64,000 nt of DNA from a virus: the IMG/VR virus record IMGVR_UViG_3300030012_004221, positions 94,184 through 158,183 of that record. One strand, given 5' to 3'. This document shows, one piece after another, positions 1 through 8,882 of the stretch. The notes below the pieces were generated by a model. That model ran no database searches. It saw only the letters and a list, made by a program, of their open reading frames with translations, and had not been told where the DNA came from. The first letter of the stretch is position 1. Each line of letters opens with the position of its first letter. A program made the position numbers and the translations under genes.

Positions 1-196
1 AATAATCTACTAATGCTCTTGCTCTTTTAAGTTCAACTTTATGTTTTTGACCATAGTCAAATGACATAGCTGTTACTGTTTCAAATTCATCAAGACATCT
101 AAGCAATAATGTACTTGAATCCATACCACCTGAAAGTGATACTACTGCATGTTTTGGACGTGCTGCGTCTTTAAAATTAATTTCTAATTGTGTCAT
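1..196 (-). CDS. queC: 7-cyano-7-deazaguanine synthase QueC, 5' part (runs off the window)
   Basis: Not in the ORF track. Manual translation from ATG at 196 gives MTQLEINFKDAARPKHAVVSLSGGMDSSTLL...MSFDYGQKHKVEL, with the SGGMDS PP-loop and FDYGQ.H..E motif of QueC. Confidence 0.93.
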   Translation of the reverse strand, partial: MTQLEINFKDAARPKHAVVSLSGGMDSSTLLLRCLDEFETVTAMSFDYGQKHKVELKRARALVDY

Positions 197-212
197 TTTT
201 ATTATATTAAAA

Positions 213-247
213 TTTGCCAGGTATTATAAAGCGTATAGGCAAACGCT
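213..247 (-). promoter_or_regulatory. Candidate H-type pseudoknot in the queC leader
   Basis: Minus-strand RNA AGCGU-UUGCC-UAU-ACGCU-UUAUAAUACCU-GGCAAA has two interleaved 5-bp stems and ends 16 nt before the queC ATG. Confidence 0.45.
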
Positions 248-467
248 ACATTTCATTTAATTTAAGCATTTTTTCTCTAATAACCACCCTAAAGTGATTA
301 TTTTGTATTTTAGCACTACCTCCTTGTTTAAGAAGCTTTCTAAATAAAAATTCTTCATTTTCATTCCAAAATTCACTTAAAGCTATAATTTCATCTTTAT
401 TAGCTACTTCTTTACTTTTATTTAAGTAAACTTTATGAGTTGATCTTATTGATTGTTTTTTTAACAT
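246..467 (-). CDS. Hypothetical protein (73 aa)
   Basis: ORF track; tightly packed in the dpdA-like/queC operon. Confidence 0.65.
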   Translation of the reverse strand: MLKKQSIRSTHKVYLNKSKEVANKDEIIALSEFWNENEEFLFRKLLKQGGSAKIQNNHFRVVIREKMLKLNEM

Positions 468-470
468 ATT

Positions 471-599
471 TTATACTTTAGATGCAACAAAAAATACAAA
501 TAATACAATAACAGCAATTAAGGAAGTAACAGCCAAGCTAATTCCAAATGCTAGTTTTATACCAGTCATTACATAATTATGGAATTTTTTTCTTTTCAT
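471..599 (-). CDS. Small single-pass membrane protein (42 aa)
   Basis: Manual translation: MKRKKFHNYVMTGIKLAFGISLAVTSLIAVIVLFVFFVASKV. The ATG overlaps the upstream stop (TAATG). Confidence 0.6.
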   Translation of the reverse strand: MKRKKFHNYVMTGIKLAFGISLAVTSLIAVIVLFVFFVASKV

Positions 600-778
600 T
601 ACATATATTTAGGAACCCTAAATTTTAATATTGGATTACCATTAACAGTAGGTTGACCCATCTCATCAATTCCAATTTCTTTGACTTTAACTGGTTTATT
701 CCTAAATCTACCAGTTAGTATTGTATCTCCTTTTTTAATAGGAATTATAAAATAATCTTCTATATATGTTGCTTTCAT
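599..778 (-). CDS. Hypothetical protein (59 aa)
   Basis: Manual translation: MKATYIEDYFIIPIKKGDTILTGRFRNKPVKVKEIGIDEMGQPTVNGNPILKFRVPKYM. ATGA overlap with the stop of the upstream gene. Confidence 0.7.
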   Translation of the reverse strand: MKATYIEDYFIIPIKKGDTILTGRFRNKPVKVKEIGIDEMGQPTVNGNPILKFRVPKYM

Positions 779-1581
779 ATATTATTAATTTTTCTAAATT
801 TGTTAACATTAAATTCTAATAAATCATAATCAACTTGATCATCTAACATATAAAAGTAATCATTCATATTTGCTGTTGGTTTCTTAAATAAACCAGCACT
901 AGTATATGCTATATCTTCTAAAGCAGCCATTACTGGGTTAGATGTATCAATTGATTCAATACAATTTATATTTTTATACCATCCAAATTCTTGGGGTACA
1001 GCACATCCTAGTAAATGAACTCTATCATCTTGTTTTAACTCCCCAGTTTTAAGTAAAGTAGATATTACAAATAATCTACCTAATGCTTTACCTAAATCTT
1101 TATTAGGATGGGTACAAATATCATTATAATAAGAAGCACCATATGAAAATGCTATTTTTCCATAACCTAATTCTTTATATCTTCTAGCACAAGTAGCTGC
1201 TTGTTCAAGAGTAGTAGCTTGTACAACTGCTACTTTTTCAACTCCTATTGGAAAATCATATATTTGCCAAATTGCGGCATTATGTATAGATTGTCCTGAG
1301 TCTTCCCAAACATCTGGTACTATAAATTCATTAGGTTTTAATTCATTTACCCAGTGAATTAGACGTTCATGAGTATAAGCTTCACCTAGCTCATGTAATG
1401 AGTTATCCATTATAATATAACGTCCTTGTTCTTTTGCTTTCTGAAAATATTCTAAATATTTAGGTTCTTCATCTAGTAAATGGGGAAGACAATAATCATA
1501 GTCATTAAATCTTTGACTATCTTCTAGTAAACACATTGGAGTTTCATGACTGATTTTGATGTTACTAACTTCGACTTTCAT
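775..1581 (-). CDS. TGT-fold guanine transglycosylase, probable DpdA-like 7-deazaguanine DNA-inserting enzyme
   Basis: TGT-like motifs IMDNS, VPDV, VAVVQ, VHLLG and SIDTS; first gene of the operon leading to queC. Confidence 0.65.
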   Translation of the reverse strand: MKVEVSNIKISHETPMCLLEDSQRFNDYDYCLPHLLDEEPKYLEYFQKAKEQGRYIIMDNSLHELGEAYTHERLIHWVNELKPNEFIVPDVWEDSGQSIHNAAIWQIYDFPIGVEKVAVVQATTLEQAATCARRYKELGYGKIAFSYGASYYNDICTHPNKDLGKALGRLFVISTLLKTGELKQDDRVHLLGCAVPQEFGWYKNINCIESIDTSNPVMAALEDIAYTSAGLFKKPTANMNDYFYMLDDQVDYDLLEFNVNKFRKINNI

Positions 1582-1602
1582 TTATAACTTTTTATTTTTA
1601 AT

Positions 1603-1631
1603 AATATACAAAACCTTTTTTATACAACCAA
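1603..1631 (-). promoter_or_regulatory. Bipartite early/middle-type promoter (TTGG-N18-GTATATT)
   Basis: The same element recurs at 15012-15039, 16989-17017, 18743-18771, 39186-39214 and 56370-56398. Confidence 0.55.
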
Positions 1632-1637
1632 GCTAAA

Positions 1638-2846
1638 TTAATTATATTTTATAATTAAATCATCATTATCTCCTGCTTTTAATTCGTCAATCCTTTTTTG
1701 TATATTTTTCCAACCTTTAGGACCATATTTATGAGTTTTAGGAGTTTTTGATTTTAATTCTTCTAATTCCTGAATAGTTAAATTATCTATTGATTCTGTT
1801 TGTTGTGGTTCTTCTTCGTTTTCATCATGAAACCAGTCATTATTTTCATAATGTAACCCTTCATTACCATTCTGGCCTATAATGTTCATTCTTTCTTCAT
1901 CTTCATCTTTAATATTATCAGCATAATATCCCTCTTCAACCCATTTTTCTTCACCTACACTATCTAAGGTTTTGTCTAGATTACTATTAAAATCTTCTTC
2001 TACTACAACTTCTTCTCTATAAAGGTTTTTTTTTGTTTTTGGTCTAATTTGTTCAAAAGCAAAATTAGCAGCTACTACAAGAGCAATTGCTAACGGATCA
2101 AATACAAATATAATAGTTAATAATAACCAATTAATAATTCTATCCATAGGCCAACCAGTTAACCCTGATAGGTATTTAAGAGGTCCTAATTCACTAGATA
2201 CAGCATCGCTTAATCTTATTTCAACTATTTCTTCTTCAAATTTAAACAATGCTTCATTTAATTGATCTATTTTATAATTTATTTCTGTTTGTCTATCAAT
2301 AGCTTGATCTAATTGTTGAGTCAAAATTCTACGAGTTGTTGAACTTTGTGTAGTAATTATATTACCTAATGTGTCTTTATACTGTATTCTATTCGTAGAT
2401 AAACCATTTCTTAAACTAACCACAGCCTCATTTATAGATGATTTTTCTTCATTATATACAATAAGTTGTTCTTTAACATTATCTCTTTTTACTTCTACTA
2501 ATTCTATCTTGGCATCAATTGTTCCTGCTTTTGCAGCAGTTTCCTGATATGCTGCTGATAAAAATCCATAAATACCCATTGAAGTAATTACAATTAAAAC
2601 AAAGCAAGCTATGGATAAATACCATTTTAAAAGCTTAGGGAGGTTTTTTCTGTATTGATATAAAAGAGATGCTATTACTAACTTAGCTATTTCTAGTGAA
2701 GCTGCCATTACTATAACAGCAAAAGCTGCTCCTGCAAATAATTTACTTAAACCACTAACTGAGTAAAATGCTGCTGATGCACTTACAGATAGTGCCGAGA
2801 AAGCAATTAATAAAGGAAATAGTGATTTTTTAATTTTACTAAGCAT
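1638..2846 (-). CDS. Multi-pass membrane protein with coiled coil
   Basis: About three N-terminal TM helices, a long coiled coil, GPLKYLSGLTG followed by a TM segment ending FDPLAIAL, and an acidic tail. Confidence 0.7.
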   Translation of the reverse strand: MLSKIKKSLFPLLIAFSALSVSASAAFYSVSGLSKLFAGAAFAVIVMAASLEIAKLVIASLLYQYRKNLPKLLKWYLSIACFVLIVITSMGIYGFLSAAYQETAAKAGTIDAKIELVEVKRDNVKEQLIVYNEEKSSINEAVVSLRNGLSTNRIQYKDTLGNIITTQSSTTRRILTQQLDQAIDRQTEINYKIDQLNEALFKFEEEIVEIRLSDAVSSELGPLKYLSGLTGWPMDRIINWLLLTIIFVFDPLAIALVVAANFAFEQIRPKTKKNLYREEVVVEEDFNSNLDKTLDSVGEEKWVEEGYYADNIKDEDEERMNIIGQNGNEGLHYENNDWFHDENEEEPQQTESIDNLTIQELEELKSKTPKTHKYGPKGWKNIQKRIDELKAGDNDDLIIKYN

Positions 2847-2900
2847 AATATAAATTTAATCCTATATAATATGAATAGATTGGGGGTTATCCAAACTATA

Positions 2901-3785
2901 TTATAGATTTACTAACATATCAACTAATTCTTGTTGAGGGAACATATCAAATTTATCTTTCCTAGTATTAGTGTGAGTCCATAACCCTTTTATTCTACCA
3001 TAATAAGCATCTTCATTAAAATCAAACCCTTTACTAACACCATATTTTTTAATTACAGCTGGTAGTCCTTGTCTAACATCAATATTATCTCTATCTGCTA
3101 TATGTAGTATTAATTTTTTTAAATTTTCTATTTGTTTATTTGAATATCTATGCCATGCATTAAACCCTCTAAAAGATTCATTTAATGTAACAACTTGTGA
3201 ATCATCAGCTAACTGCCCCGCATATGTTCTTCCATTTTTAAGATATCCAAAATTATTAACCTCAATACCTACAGAATGTATATGCATGTGTTGTGAACCA
3301 TTTTTTCCTAAATGCCATCCATATCCACCTTCTGGAAATGCCTGAACTACTTCACCATCATATTGGTTATCATTTCCTTTTATTGATTGTCCCCCTAAAA
3401 CAAATTCAGTAGCAACAGCTCCTCTATTATCTCTAGCCCAGTGATCTATAGTTCTAAATGGATTATGCCAACCTGCTGTGTGGTGAAGAAATAAATATTC
3501 TTTATTCCAAGCTCCTTCTTTATATTCTCCTAATGGTAAATAATGTTTATTAATAAGTAAACCATTTTCGGTTACATATGATTTTTCAGTATTATCTGTA
3601 CTAGCAATGCCCATAATATCTAGTGTTTGAGGGCCTACTATTCCATCAACTATTAAATTATTTTTGATTTGGTATTCTTTGACTGCTTTTTCTGTTCCAG
3701 GACCGAATATCCCGTCAGCATCTATTCCTAAAAATTCTTGGAGGTCTTTTACCTCAGTTCCTTTAGATCCTACTCTTAATATCAT
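2901..3785 (-). CDS. Endolysin: peptidoglycan-binding domain plus N-acetylmuramoyl-L-alanine amidase (Amidase_2)
   Basis: N-terminal LRVGSKG..V..LQ..L...DGIFGPGT..AV..YQ....L.VDGIVGP.T PG-binding domain; LHHTAG, WHLG, SVGIEV, TH and K.D..P amidase motifs. Confidence 0.9.
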   Translation of the reverse strand: MILRVGSKGTEVKDLQEFLGIDADGIFGPGTEKAVKEYQIKNNLIVDGIVGPQTLDIMGIASTDNTEKSYVTENGLLINKHYLPLGEYKEGAWNKEYLFLHHTAGWHNPFRTIDHWARDNRGAVATEFVLGGQSIKGNDNQYDGEVVQAFPEGGYGWHLGKNGSQHMHIHSVGIEVNNFGYLKNGRTYAGQLADDSQVVTLNESFRGFNAWHRYSNKQIENLKKLILHIADRDNIDVRQGLPAVIKKYGVSKGFDFNEDAYYGRIKGLWTHTNTRKDKFDMFPQQELVDMLVNL

Positions 3786-3805
3786 ATCTTATTAGTTTTA
3801 TTTAT

Positions 3806-3814
3806 TATAAATAT
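3806..3814 (-). promoter_or_regulatory. Late-type promoter motif ATATTTATA
   Basis: Exact copies also at 8816, 25164, 27905, 29582, 33765, 50718, 53948, 56366 and 63225, each just upstream of a gene start. Confidence 0.65.
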
Positions 3815-3816
3815 CA

Positions 3817-4146
3817 CTAAAAGGCACTCATTATAAGTTCGTCAATATAGTCTTGAAGTTCTTCTCTAGTAGCTGCAACTTTAAAACTTAAATCTGCTTG
3901 GTACCTTTTTACTTCTTCTCCATCTTGATAGATTATTATTGTAGGTACTACTACAACTTTATGTTTTTGTTGAAGTGATGGGTCAGAGGCAATATCAACT
4001 TTAGTTACATCACAATCTGATAATTTTTCGACCCATTTAACATCGTTAGCTGAGTTCCACCCTGCGTTAAAATGTGTTACTGTTACTTGACCATAAATAG
4101 TCGTTGATAATAACCAAAATATTGGTAATAAAATGTATTTTTTCAT
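3817..4146 (-). CDS. Exported thioredoxin-fold protein lacking CXXC
   Basis: Signal peptide; FNAGWNSAN in place of F.A.WCxxC; KVDI and VVVVPTIIIYQDGEEVKR (cis-Pro loop). Confidence 0.75.
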   Translation of the reverse strand: MKKYILLPIFWLLSTTIYGQVTVTHFNAGWNSANDVKWVEKLSDCDVTKVDIASDPSLQQKHKVVVVPTIIIYQDGEEVKRYQADLSFKVAATREELQDYIDELIMSAF

Positions 4147-4152
4147 AATAGA

Positions 4153-4437
4153 TTATCTTAATCTATCAATTTTTTCTTCAATACGTTTCATGTCTTCCTT
4201 AAGCTCCTTTACATCATCCTGCGTAGTCATGATTGTTTGACGAATCAATTGATCTTTCATATCATACTCCATCCTAGTTACATCTGGTGGAGGTGGTACT
4301 GGTAGTTCTTTTGCTTCAGCAATGTCTGCTTGTAAAACAAACCACATAGAAATAATAGTAGTCATTACTGCTCCAATACCTACTAATGTTTTGATGCTTA
4401 CAGTGAAACCAGTATTTTCATTTAACTCTTTTGCCAT
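4153..4437 (-). CDS. Single-TM protein with C-terminal coiled coil
   Basis: Hydrophobic helix around aa 15-35, a Pro-rich hinge, and heptads VKELKEDMKRIEEKIDRL. Confidence 0.7.
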   Translation of the reverse strand: MAKELNENTGFTVSIKTLVGIGAVMTTIISMWFVLQADIAEAKELPVPPPPDVTRMEYDMKDQLIRQTIMTTQDDVKELKEDMKRIEEKIDRLR

Positions 4438-4439
4438 TT

Positions 4440-5516
4440 TTAAAATATTATATAATTTACACCCATTGAAAACTCATGCCACCTTCTATTCCAATATTTA
4501 TTGTATTTACCTTCTGCAAATAACCCTAAAGATCTACTTAGTTTATAACCAAATATTAATCCACCAGAATAATCAATCCATTGTCCTCCGTTATAAGTAT
4601 GGTAAGAAAATTCATCGGCTGTCTTTAGGTGGTAAGGCATTATATTTCCCCACGCATGTGCCCAGAAGTTTTTTTCATAGTGGTAAAAATCAGCACCTAA
4701 TACAAAAGAATATTCTAATTTAAAGGGAGCTTCATCTCTTTTCTTTTCAACATAATCTACTAATATTTGAGGAATTATTACTTCTTCCCAAACAGCTGTA
4801 CTTGTAGCAACTACATCACCTGATGGGTTTAGATATACTACATCACCAGGTCCATTAAAATTAACAACATATCCTTCTTGAATAGCTAACCAAGTATAAT
4901 GAAGATTATTATTACTTAACATCCACTCAGCTAAAGGATCATAACCATAAGGTTCTGATAGTCTTTGTGCTGCTCCTACATTTAATGAAAACTTTTTATT
5001 TACGTTATATCTATATCTTTGGGATGATTCAAAATACTCAACATCAACAAATCCATCTTTTAAATATTCTACTTTTGCTACCCAATCATTTGCAACATAC
5101 CTTAAAAAATGGTGTTGGTTAAAGTAATTTATACCTTGTATTCTTCTATAATCACCTTCAAATAAAAACTCAAATCCTTTTATTTTACCAACTGTTGCAT
5201 TATCACCTAAATGACCTTCTGTACCATCATAAAATACATTTTCTCTATTTTCATAATCAAACCTAGCTATCTTTCTTACACCTGCTACTATAGAATAATC
5301 AAAGGGTGTTTCTACTACGTCAGTAATTAATTGACCAGTATTTACTGTAAATGTGTTTCTATCTGATAGTGAGGTTCCACCATTTACAGCTGCATAAAAC
5401 GTAGAAAATTTAAATGTCTTTTTTAATTCTTTTTTAAATTCAGAGACTTTATCTACTTTCTCTTGACCAAAAACTATAGATGGGATAAGTAATATTAATA
5501 TAATTATCTTTTTCAT
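4440..5516 (-). CDS. Exported protein, probable outer-membrane beta-barrel
   Basis: Signal peptide MKKIIILILLIPSIVFG/Q; aromatic alternating strands; C-terminal strand FSMGVNYIIF ending in Phe. Confidence 0.6.
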   Translation of the reverse strand: MKKIIILILLIPSIVFGQEKVDKVSEFKKELKKTFKFSTFYAAVNGGTSLSDRNTFTVNTGQLITDVVETPFDYSIVAGVRKIARFDYENRENVFYDGTEGHLGDNATVGKIKGFEFLFEGDYRRIQGINYFNQHHFLRYVANDWVAKVEYLKDGFVDVEYFESSQRYRYNVNKKFSLNVGAAQRLSEPYGYDPLAEWMLSNNNLHYTWLAIQEGYVVNFNGPGDVVYLNPSGDVVATSTAVWEEVIIPQILVDYVEKKRDEAPFKLEYSFVLGADFYHYEKNFWAHAWGNIMPYHLKTADEFSYHTYNGGQWIDYSGGLIFGYKLSRSLGLFAEGKYNKYWNRRWHEFSMGVNYIIF

Positions 5517-5517
5517 A

Positions 5518-8502
5518 TTATTCTTTTATAATTCTTTTAAAGTACGTATTACCTTCATGTTTTATATTTAAGAAATATACTCCAGATGGTAAATCTGTAA
5601 AATCAATTTGTTTTTCTGTTATTCTAGATTTTAATGTTCTACCATTAACATCATATAACTCAGCTTCTATATCTAAATCTGTTTCGATTATTAAGATGTT
5701 TTCTGTTGGGTTAGGGTAAACTACTATACCATTAAATCTAGAAAATCTACTATTTATATCTAATCCATCAGGCCAACCATTTTCACAATAGTTATACATT
5801 TCTTGACAAACTGGATCCCAATCATTATCACAACAGTAATTATCTACATCAATTACCCAAGCATAACAATTATTATTTAACCAATATGGGTTGCCAGGTC
5901 CTGTAATACAACCTGCATCATATAAACAAGCTGATGAATCTGAAACATTTGCATTTGGATCATAATTGAATGCATTTGGATCTGTACAACCTACTATTGC
6001 TGTTATACAACTACCATTATCTACATTAGCATTAGGGTCATAATTAACTGCTGTTGAATCAGTACACCCATAAACTATTGGAATACATGGATTAGTGAAA
6101 TCTGTAGCTGATACTTGATTTACATTTGCATTAGGATTATAATTAAATGATCCTGGATCCATACAACCATAAACAAAAGGAACACAAGAACCATTATCTG
6201 TATTAGCTAAAGGATCATAATTAAACGATGTTGAATCAGTACAACCATAAATTATAGGTTCACATGATCCATTATCTGTATTTGCATTAGGGTCATAATT
6301 AAATGCTGTTGCATCTGTACATCCATATACAATTGGTATACAAGGATTTGACGTATCATTTGCACTTACTTGGTTAATATTTGCATTTGGATCATAGTTA
6401 AATGAACCTGGGTCTGTACAACCATATACAGCTGGTATACAACTACCATCATCTGTATTTGCATTTGCATCATAGTTAAATGCTGTTATATCTGTACAAC
6501 CATAAATTATTGGAACACATGAACTATCATCTGTATTTGCATTTGGATCATAATTAAATGATGTTGGGTCAGTACAACCTAAAACTACTGGTATACAAGT
6601 ACCAGGTGTATTTGCAGTTGGGTCATAGTTAAATGCTGTCGAATCCATACAACCTGTAACAACTGGTATACAAGAACCATCATCAACAGTTGCTGTTGAA
6701 TCATAATTAAATGCTAAAGGATTTGTACAACCTTCTATATATGGAATACAAGGATCATTTGGATCTAATGTATTTGCATCTGGGTTGTAATTTAATGAAG
6801 TTGAATCAGTACAACCATAAACTATAGGAATACAAGAATCCCCACAAAATGGTGTAGCTACATATTTTTCATAAAATGGAGCTTCAAATGGTTGTAATGC
6901 TCCTTGTCCATTATTAGCAAATGGGTTTATTCCTTCTTGTAATAAAACAACACTATCTGCATTTTCTAATGTAAATGAATTATGCCAAGTTTGAAATTGA
7001 ACTTGTTGAGGTGAGGATTGTGGGCTACCTACTTCAAAATAAAATACTTCTACTGTTTTATCTGTTTCCAATTGGAATTGGAATGTTTGTTCATATGAAC
7101 CAGGTCCCATAGTAAATGTACCTACTGGCACACCATTTTGAGCAACACCTAAATATGAATTACCCCAACCATCACCTGCAGCATCTTCTATAGTTAAGAA
7201 ATAATCACATACAGGTACAATTGCTTGTTGAGTTGCTGATGGATCATAATTTATAGAATTAGAATCTGTACAACCTACTATATGTAAATTAGCACATGAA
7301 CCATCATCTACATTTGCTGAATCACTATATTCTTGGTAAGCTGGATCTGTACAACCATAAACATCAGGAATAACAGGACAAGCAGTTGCTTGTTGTGGTC
7401 CTGAATATAATACATTTCCAAAATTTGGAGTTGTCATTTCCCAAATAGTATCACCAGCACAATCTTTTATAACAACACTACCTGGTCCTGATTGTTGGGT
7501 ACCAACCATACCATCTCCATAGGTATCATTTAAAATAAGTTCAAATCCTGCTGTTTGTGATACACAAAAATTATAAATGTAAGTTTGACCAATATCATTA
7601 TAACCATATTCTCCTGGTTGTACTGAACCTATGATTCCACCACTATTCATTGTCCAAGATGTTTCACCTGGCCAATTATCTAATGTTATTTCCATTGTGA
7701 TTGGATATTCTGTAAGACTATCACAACCTGCATTTCCAGCACAGCTTCCATCATCTGCTGTAGCCCAAGGATTATAAGATGTTTGACTTGAATCTGTACA
7801 TCCTTCTATACATGGTGATGGTGTATATGTAATAGTATCTGATAAAGTTCCATCACTAAATTCTACTTGAAGGTAATGTTCAACACTCCAATTAGGAGGC
7901 ATTTGTCCATTTCCTGCTAACATTCCATAATTAGTAGCAAATGGTGGAACACCTTGATAAAATGGCCCCCATCCTTCTTCATTCCAATATTTTACGTTTA
8001 CTGGATCACACCATCCATTTTCCCATTCCCAAACTACTAATGCTTGTTCACCACCTAAACATTGTTGGTAAGCATTTGTATTTGTAATAGCACATACAGG
8101 TGGGGGACAAGGTAATAGATTTATTGTTGTATCATATTGAGTAAAACTCCCTAACGAATCTACATCTAAATCTAAAATTACACCTTGACATTCATTTGAT
8201 ATTTTAATCCATGCTGGTGTGTTGGCATTATTATTTTGTGGTCCTCCTTGCCACCCATCACCCCAAGAATCTAGTAATGATATATCTAACTCACCTGAGT
8301 CAGCTTGGATTGTTGTGGAATAAAATTCAAAAGGATTGTTTGGTTGGTAGTTTACTAATGTATCACCTTGTTGTGTGATTAGTGCGAATGATTCATCGTC
8401 AGCGTAATAATCGAATTGTACTTCTAACTTGAACCAACTGTCATTTTGCGAAAAACCTAAAAAAGGGAGTACGCATAACAGTAGTACTAAGATTTTTTTC
8501 AT
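5518..8502 (-). CDS. Secreted Cys-rich repeat protein with T9SS type A C-terminal sorting domain
   Basis: Signal peptide; three DxxGDG beta-domains; 14 GCTD repeats; CTD VYPNPT...LPSGVYFLNI...KRIIKE. Confidence 0.85.
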   Translation of the reverse strand: MKKILVLLLCVLPFLGFSQNDSWFKLEVQFDYYADDESFALITQQGDTLVNYQPNNPFEFYSTTIQADSGELDISLLDSWGDGWQGGPQNNNANTPAWIKISNECQGVILDLDVDSLGSFTQYDTTINLLPCPPPVCAITNTNAYQQCLGGEQALVVWEWENGWCDPVNVKYWNEEGWGPFYQGVPPFATNYGMLAGNGQMPPNWSVEHYLQVEFSDGTLSDTITYTPSPCIEGCTDSSQTSYNPWATADDGSCAGNAGCDSLTEYPITMEITLDNWPGETSWTMNSGGIIGSVQPGEYGYNDIGQTYIYNFCVSQTAGFELILNDTYGDGMVGTQQSGPGSVVIKDCAGDTIWEMTTPNFGNVLYSGPQQATACPVIPDVYGCTDPAYQEYSDSANVDDGSCANLHIVGCTDSNSINYDPSATQQAIVPVCDYFLTIEDAAGDGWGNSYLGVAQNGVPVGTFTMGPGSYEQTFQFQLETDKTVEVFYFEVGSPQSSPQQVQFQTWHNSFTLENADSVVLLQEGINPFANNGQGALQPFEAPFYEKYVATPFCGDSCIPIVYGCTDSTSLNYNPDANTLDPNDPCIPYIEGCTNPLAFNYDSTATVDDGSCIPVVTGCMDSTAFNYDPTANTPGTCIPVVLGCTDPTSFNYDPNANTDDSSCVPIIYGCTDITAFNYDANANTDDGSCIPAVYGCTDPGSFNYDPNANINQVSANDTSNPCIPIVYGCTDATAFNYDPNANTDNGSCEPIIYGCTDSTSFNYDPLANTDNGSCVPFVYGCMDPGSFNYNPNANVNQVSATDFTNPCIPIVYGCTDSTAVNYDPNANVDNGSCITAIVGCTDPNAFNYDPNANVSDSSACLYDAGCITGPGNPYWLNNNCYAWVIDVDNYCCDNDWDPVCQEMYNYCENGWPDGLDINSRFSRFNGIVVYPNPTENILIIETDLDIEAELYDVNGRTLKSRITEKQIDFTDLPSGVYFLNIKHEGNTYFKRIIKE
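5925..6825 (-). repeat. 11 tandem ~26-33 aa repeats GC(T/M)DxxAxNYDPxANxDxGSC (three more copies upstream in the gene)
   Basis: Counted in the translation; boundaries approximate. Confidence 0.85.
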
Positions 8503-8508
8503 ACTATT

Positions 8509-8751
8509 TTAATTTTGTTCTTCTGATTTTTTACCACCAAATATTTTCTCTAAGCCAGCTATACCAAAACAGCCAAGAGTTATTAAGGTAAAAGAATCAT
8601 AAATAAATTCATTGATAACTAAATCCCTACCTAAGTAACCTGTTACAAGGTCTACCACTGCAAAGATAACCATAATTGCAAAAGACATAAATCCAATTAC
8701 GCTTTTTTCATTAATATCATTATTATCTTTGAATATATTTTTAAATGCCAT
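8509..8751 (-). CDS. Two-TM small membrane protein, putative holin
   Basis: Two hydrophobic helices and a charged C-terminus; late motif upstream; same region as the endolysin. Start taken at MAFKNIF (the track starts at 8781). Confidence 0.55.
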   Translation of the reverse strand: MAFKNIFKDNNDINEKSVIGFMSFAIMVIFAVVDLVTGYLGRDLVINEFIYDSFTLITLGCFGIAGLEKIFGGKKSEEQN

Positions 8752-8826
8752 AAATTTTCTTTTTATTAAATTCATACACAAAACTTTGTAATATACTTAA
8801 TGGTAACGATTTGGCTATAAATATAG

Positions 8827-8851
8827 GAGGAGTATACAAAGTACACTCCTC
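8827..8851 (-). terminator. 11-bp hairpin, terminator-like
   Basis: GAGGAGUGUAC-UUU-GUAUACUCCUC on the minus strand (one G-U pair); weak U-tract. Confidence 0.5.
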
Positions 8852-8882
8852 TTACTAAATTTCTAGGGAAATATGTTATTTA

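Noticed and set aside
196-248. Pseudoknot-stimulated UAG readthrough fusing the 73-aa ORF to QueC
   Set aside because: Readthrough meets TAA 13 codons later, and queC is in a different frame.
5925-6825. Possible CRISPR-like or DGR-like repeat array
   Set aside because: The repeats are in-frame protein repeats with synonymous variation; no spacers, cas genes or reverse transcriptase are present.
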